A program made the position numbers and the translations under genes. From an uncultured delta proteobacterium (lineage in GTDB: Bacteria > Desulfobacterota > Syntrophia > Syntrophales > UBA5619), in the NCBI GenBank assembly GCA_963817385.1, contig CAWFOM010000023.1:1-17904 (forward strand): 17,904 bases of DNA, in the 5' to 3' direction. Positions 17,768-17,904 of this stretch are shown in pieces. Under the pieces are notes generated by a model that saw nothing but the letters and a program-made list of their open reading frames with translations, made no database searches and was not told the origin of the DNA. Position 1 is the stretch's first letter. The number at the start of each line of letters is the position of its first letter.

Positions 17768-17904
17768 CTACCAGCCCCCGCCGCCTCCTCCCCCCCCGCC
17801 CCCGCCAGACGAACCTCCGCCTCCGCCGCTGCTGCTTCCCGATCCCGACCCCGGTGCGGTCGAGGAAGAGGAGATGGCATCGCTCAGAGAATTTCCCACC
17901 CCGC
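17768..17904 (-). CDS. 3' end of a DUF2207 (YciQ-like) or similar Gly-rich-tailed membrane protein; partial
   Basis: Frame from 17902 reads GVGNSLSDAISSSSTAPGSGSGSSSGGGGGSSGGGGGGGGGGGW*, the characteristic tail. Not in the ORF track. Confidence 0.75.
   Translation of the reverse strand, partial: GVGNSLSDAISSSSTAPGSGSGSSSGGGGGSSGGGGGGGGGGGW

Noticed and set aside
17768..17860. GGC/GGA-rich simple repeat
   Set aside because: Explained by the poly-Gly/Ser coding tail of the DUF2207-like gene.
1..17904. CRISPR array, tRNA/rRNA, transposase or integrase
   Set aside because: No spaced direct repeats, RNA-gene signatures or mobile-element proteins were seen by eye.

Overview
GC-rich bacterial genomic window; gene content suggests an anaerobic deltaproteobacterium (Syntrophales/Desulfobacterota-like, inferred only). 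Apart from a short + strand fragment at 1-530, every gene is on the minus strand. In transcription order: 3' end of a DUF2207-like gene; RpiR regulator, ADP-forming acyl-CoA synthetase, enoyl-CoA hydratase, TAXI solute receptor and TRAP fused permease; small lipoprotein; membrane protein; metallophosphoesterase; DUF1232/YkvA; SRAP (YedK-like) protein; cupredoxin, four-His cytochrome-b561-like membrane protein and a secreted protein; a degenerate FKBP; hemE-hemH-hemY. The main finding is a probable secreted selenoprotein (5636-4853) that the ORF track misses. It has an in-frame TGA at 5094-5096 in a U-G-C-P motif, followed directly by a bacterial SECIS-like hairpin with the same AGGUCU apical sequence as E. 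coli fdhF, and it lies just downstream of the type-1 copper protein and the putative di-heme membrane protein. About ten single-base indels split or falsely fuse genes and look like long-read sequencing errors. Two convergent genes are both cut off at a GATC at 531-534, which suggests a chimeric or rearrangement junction.
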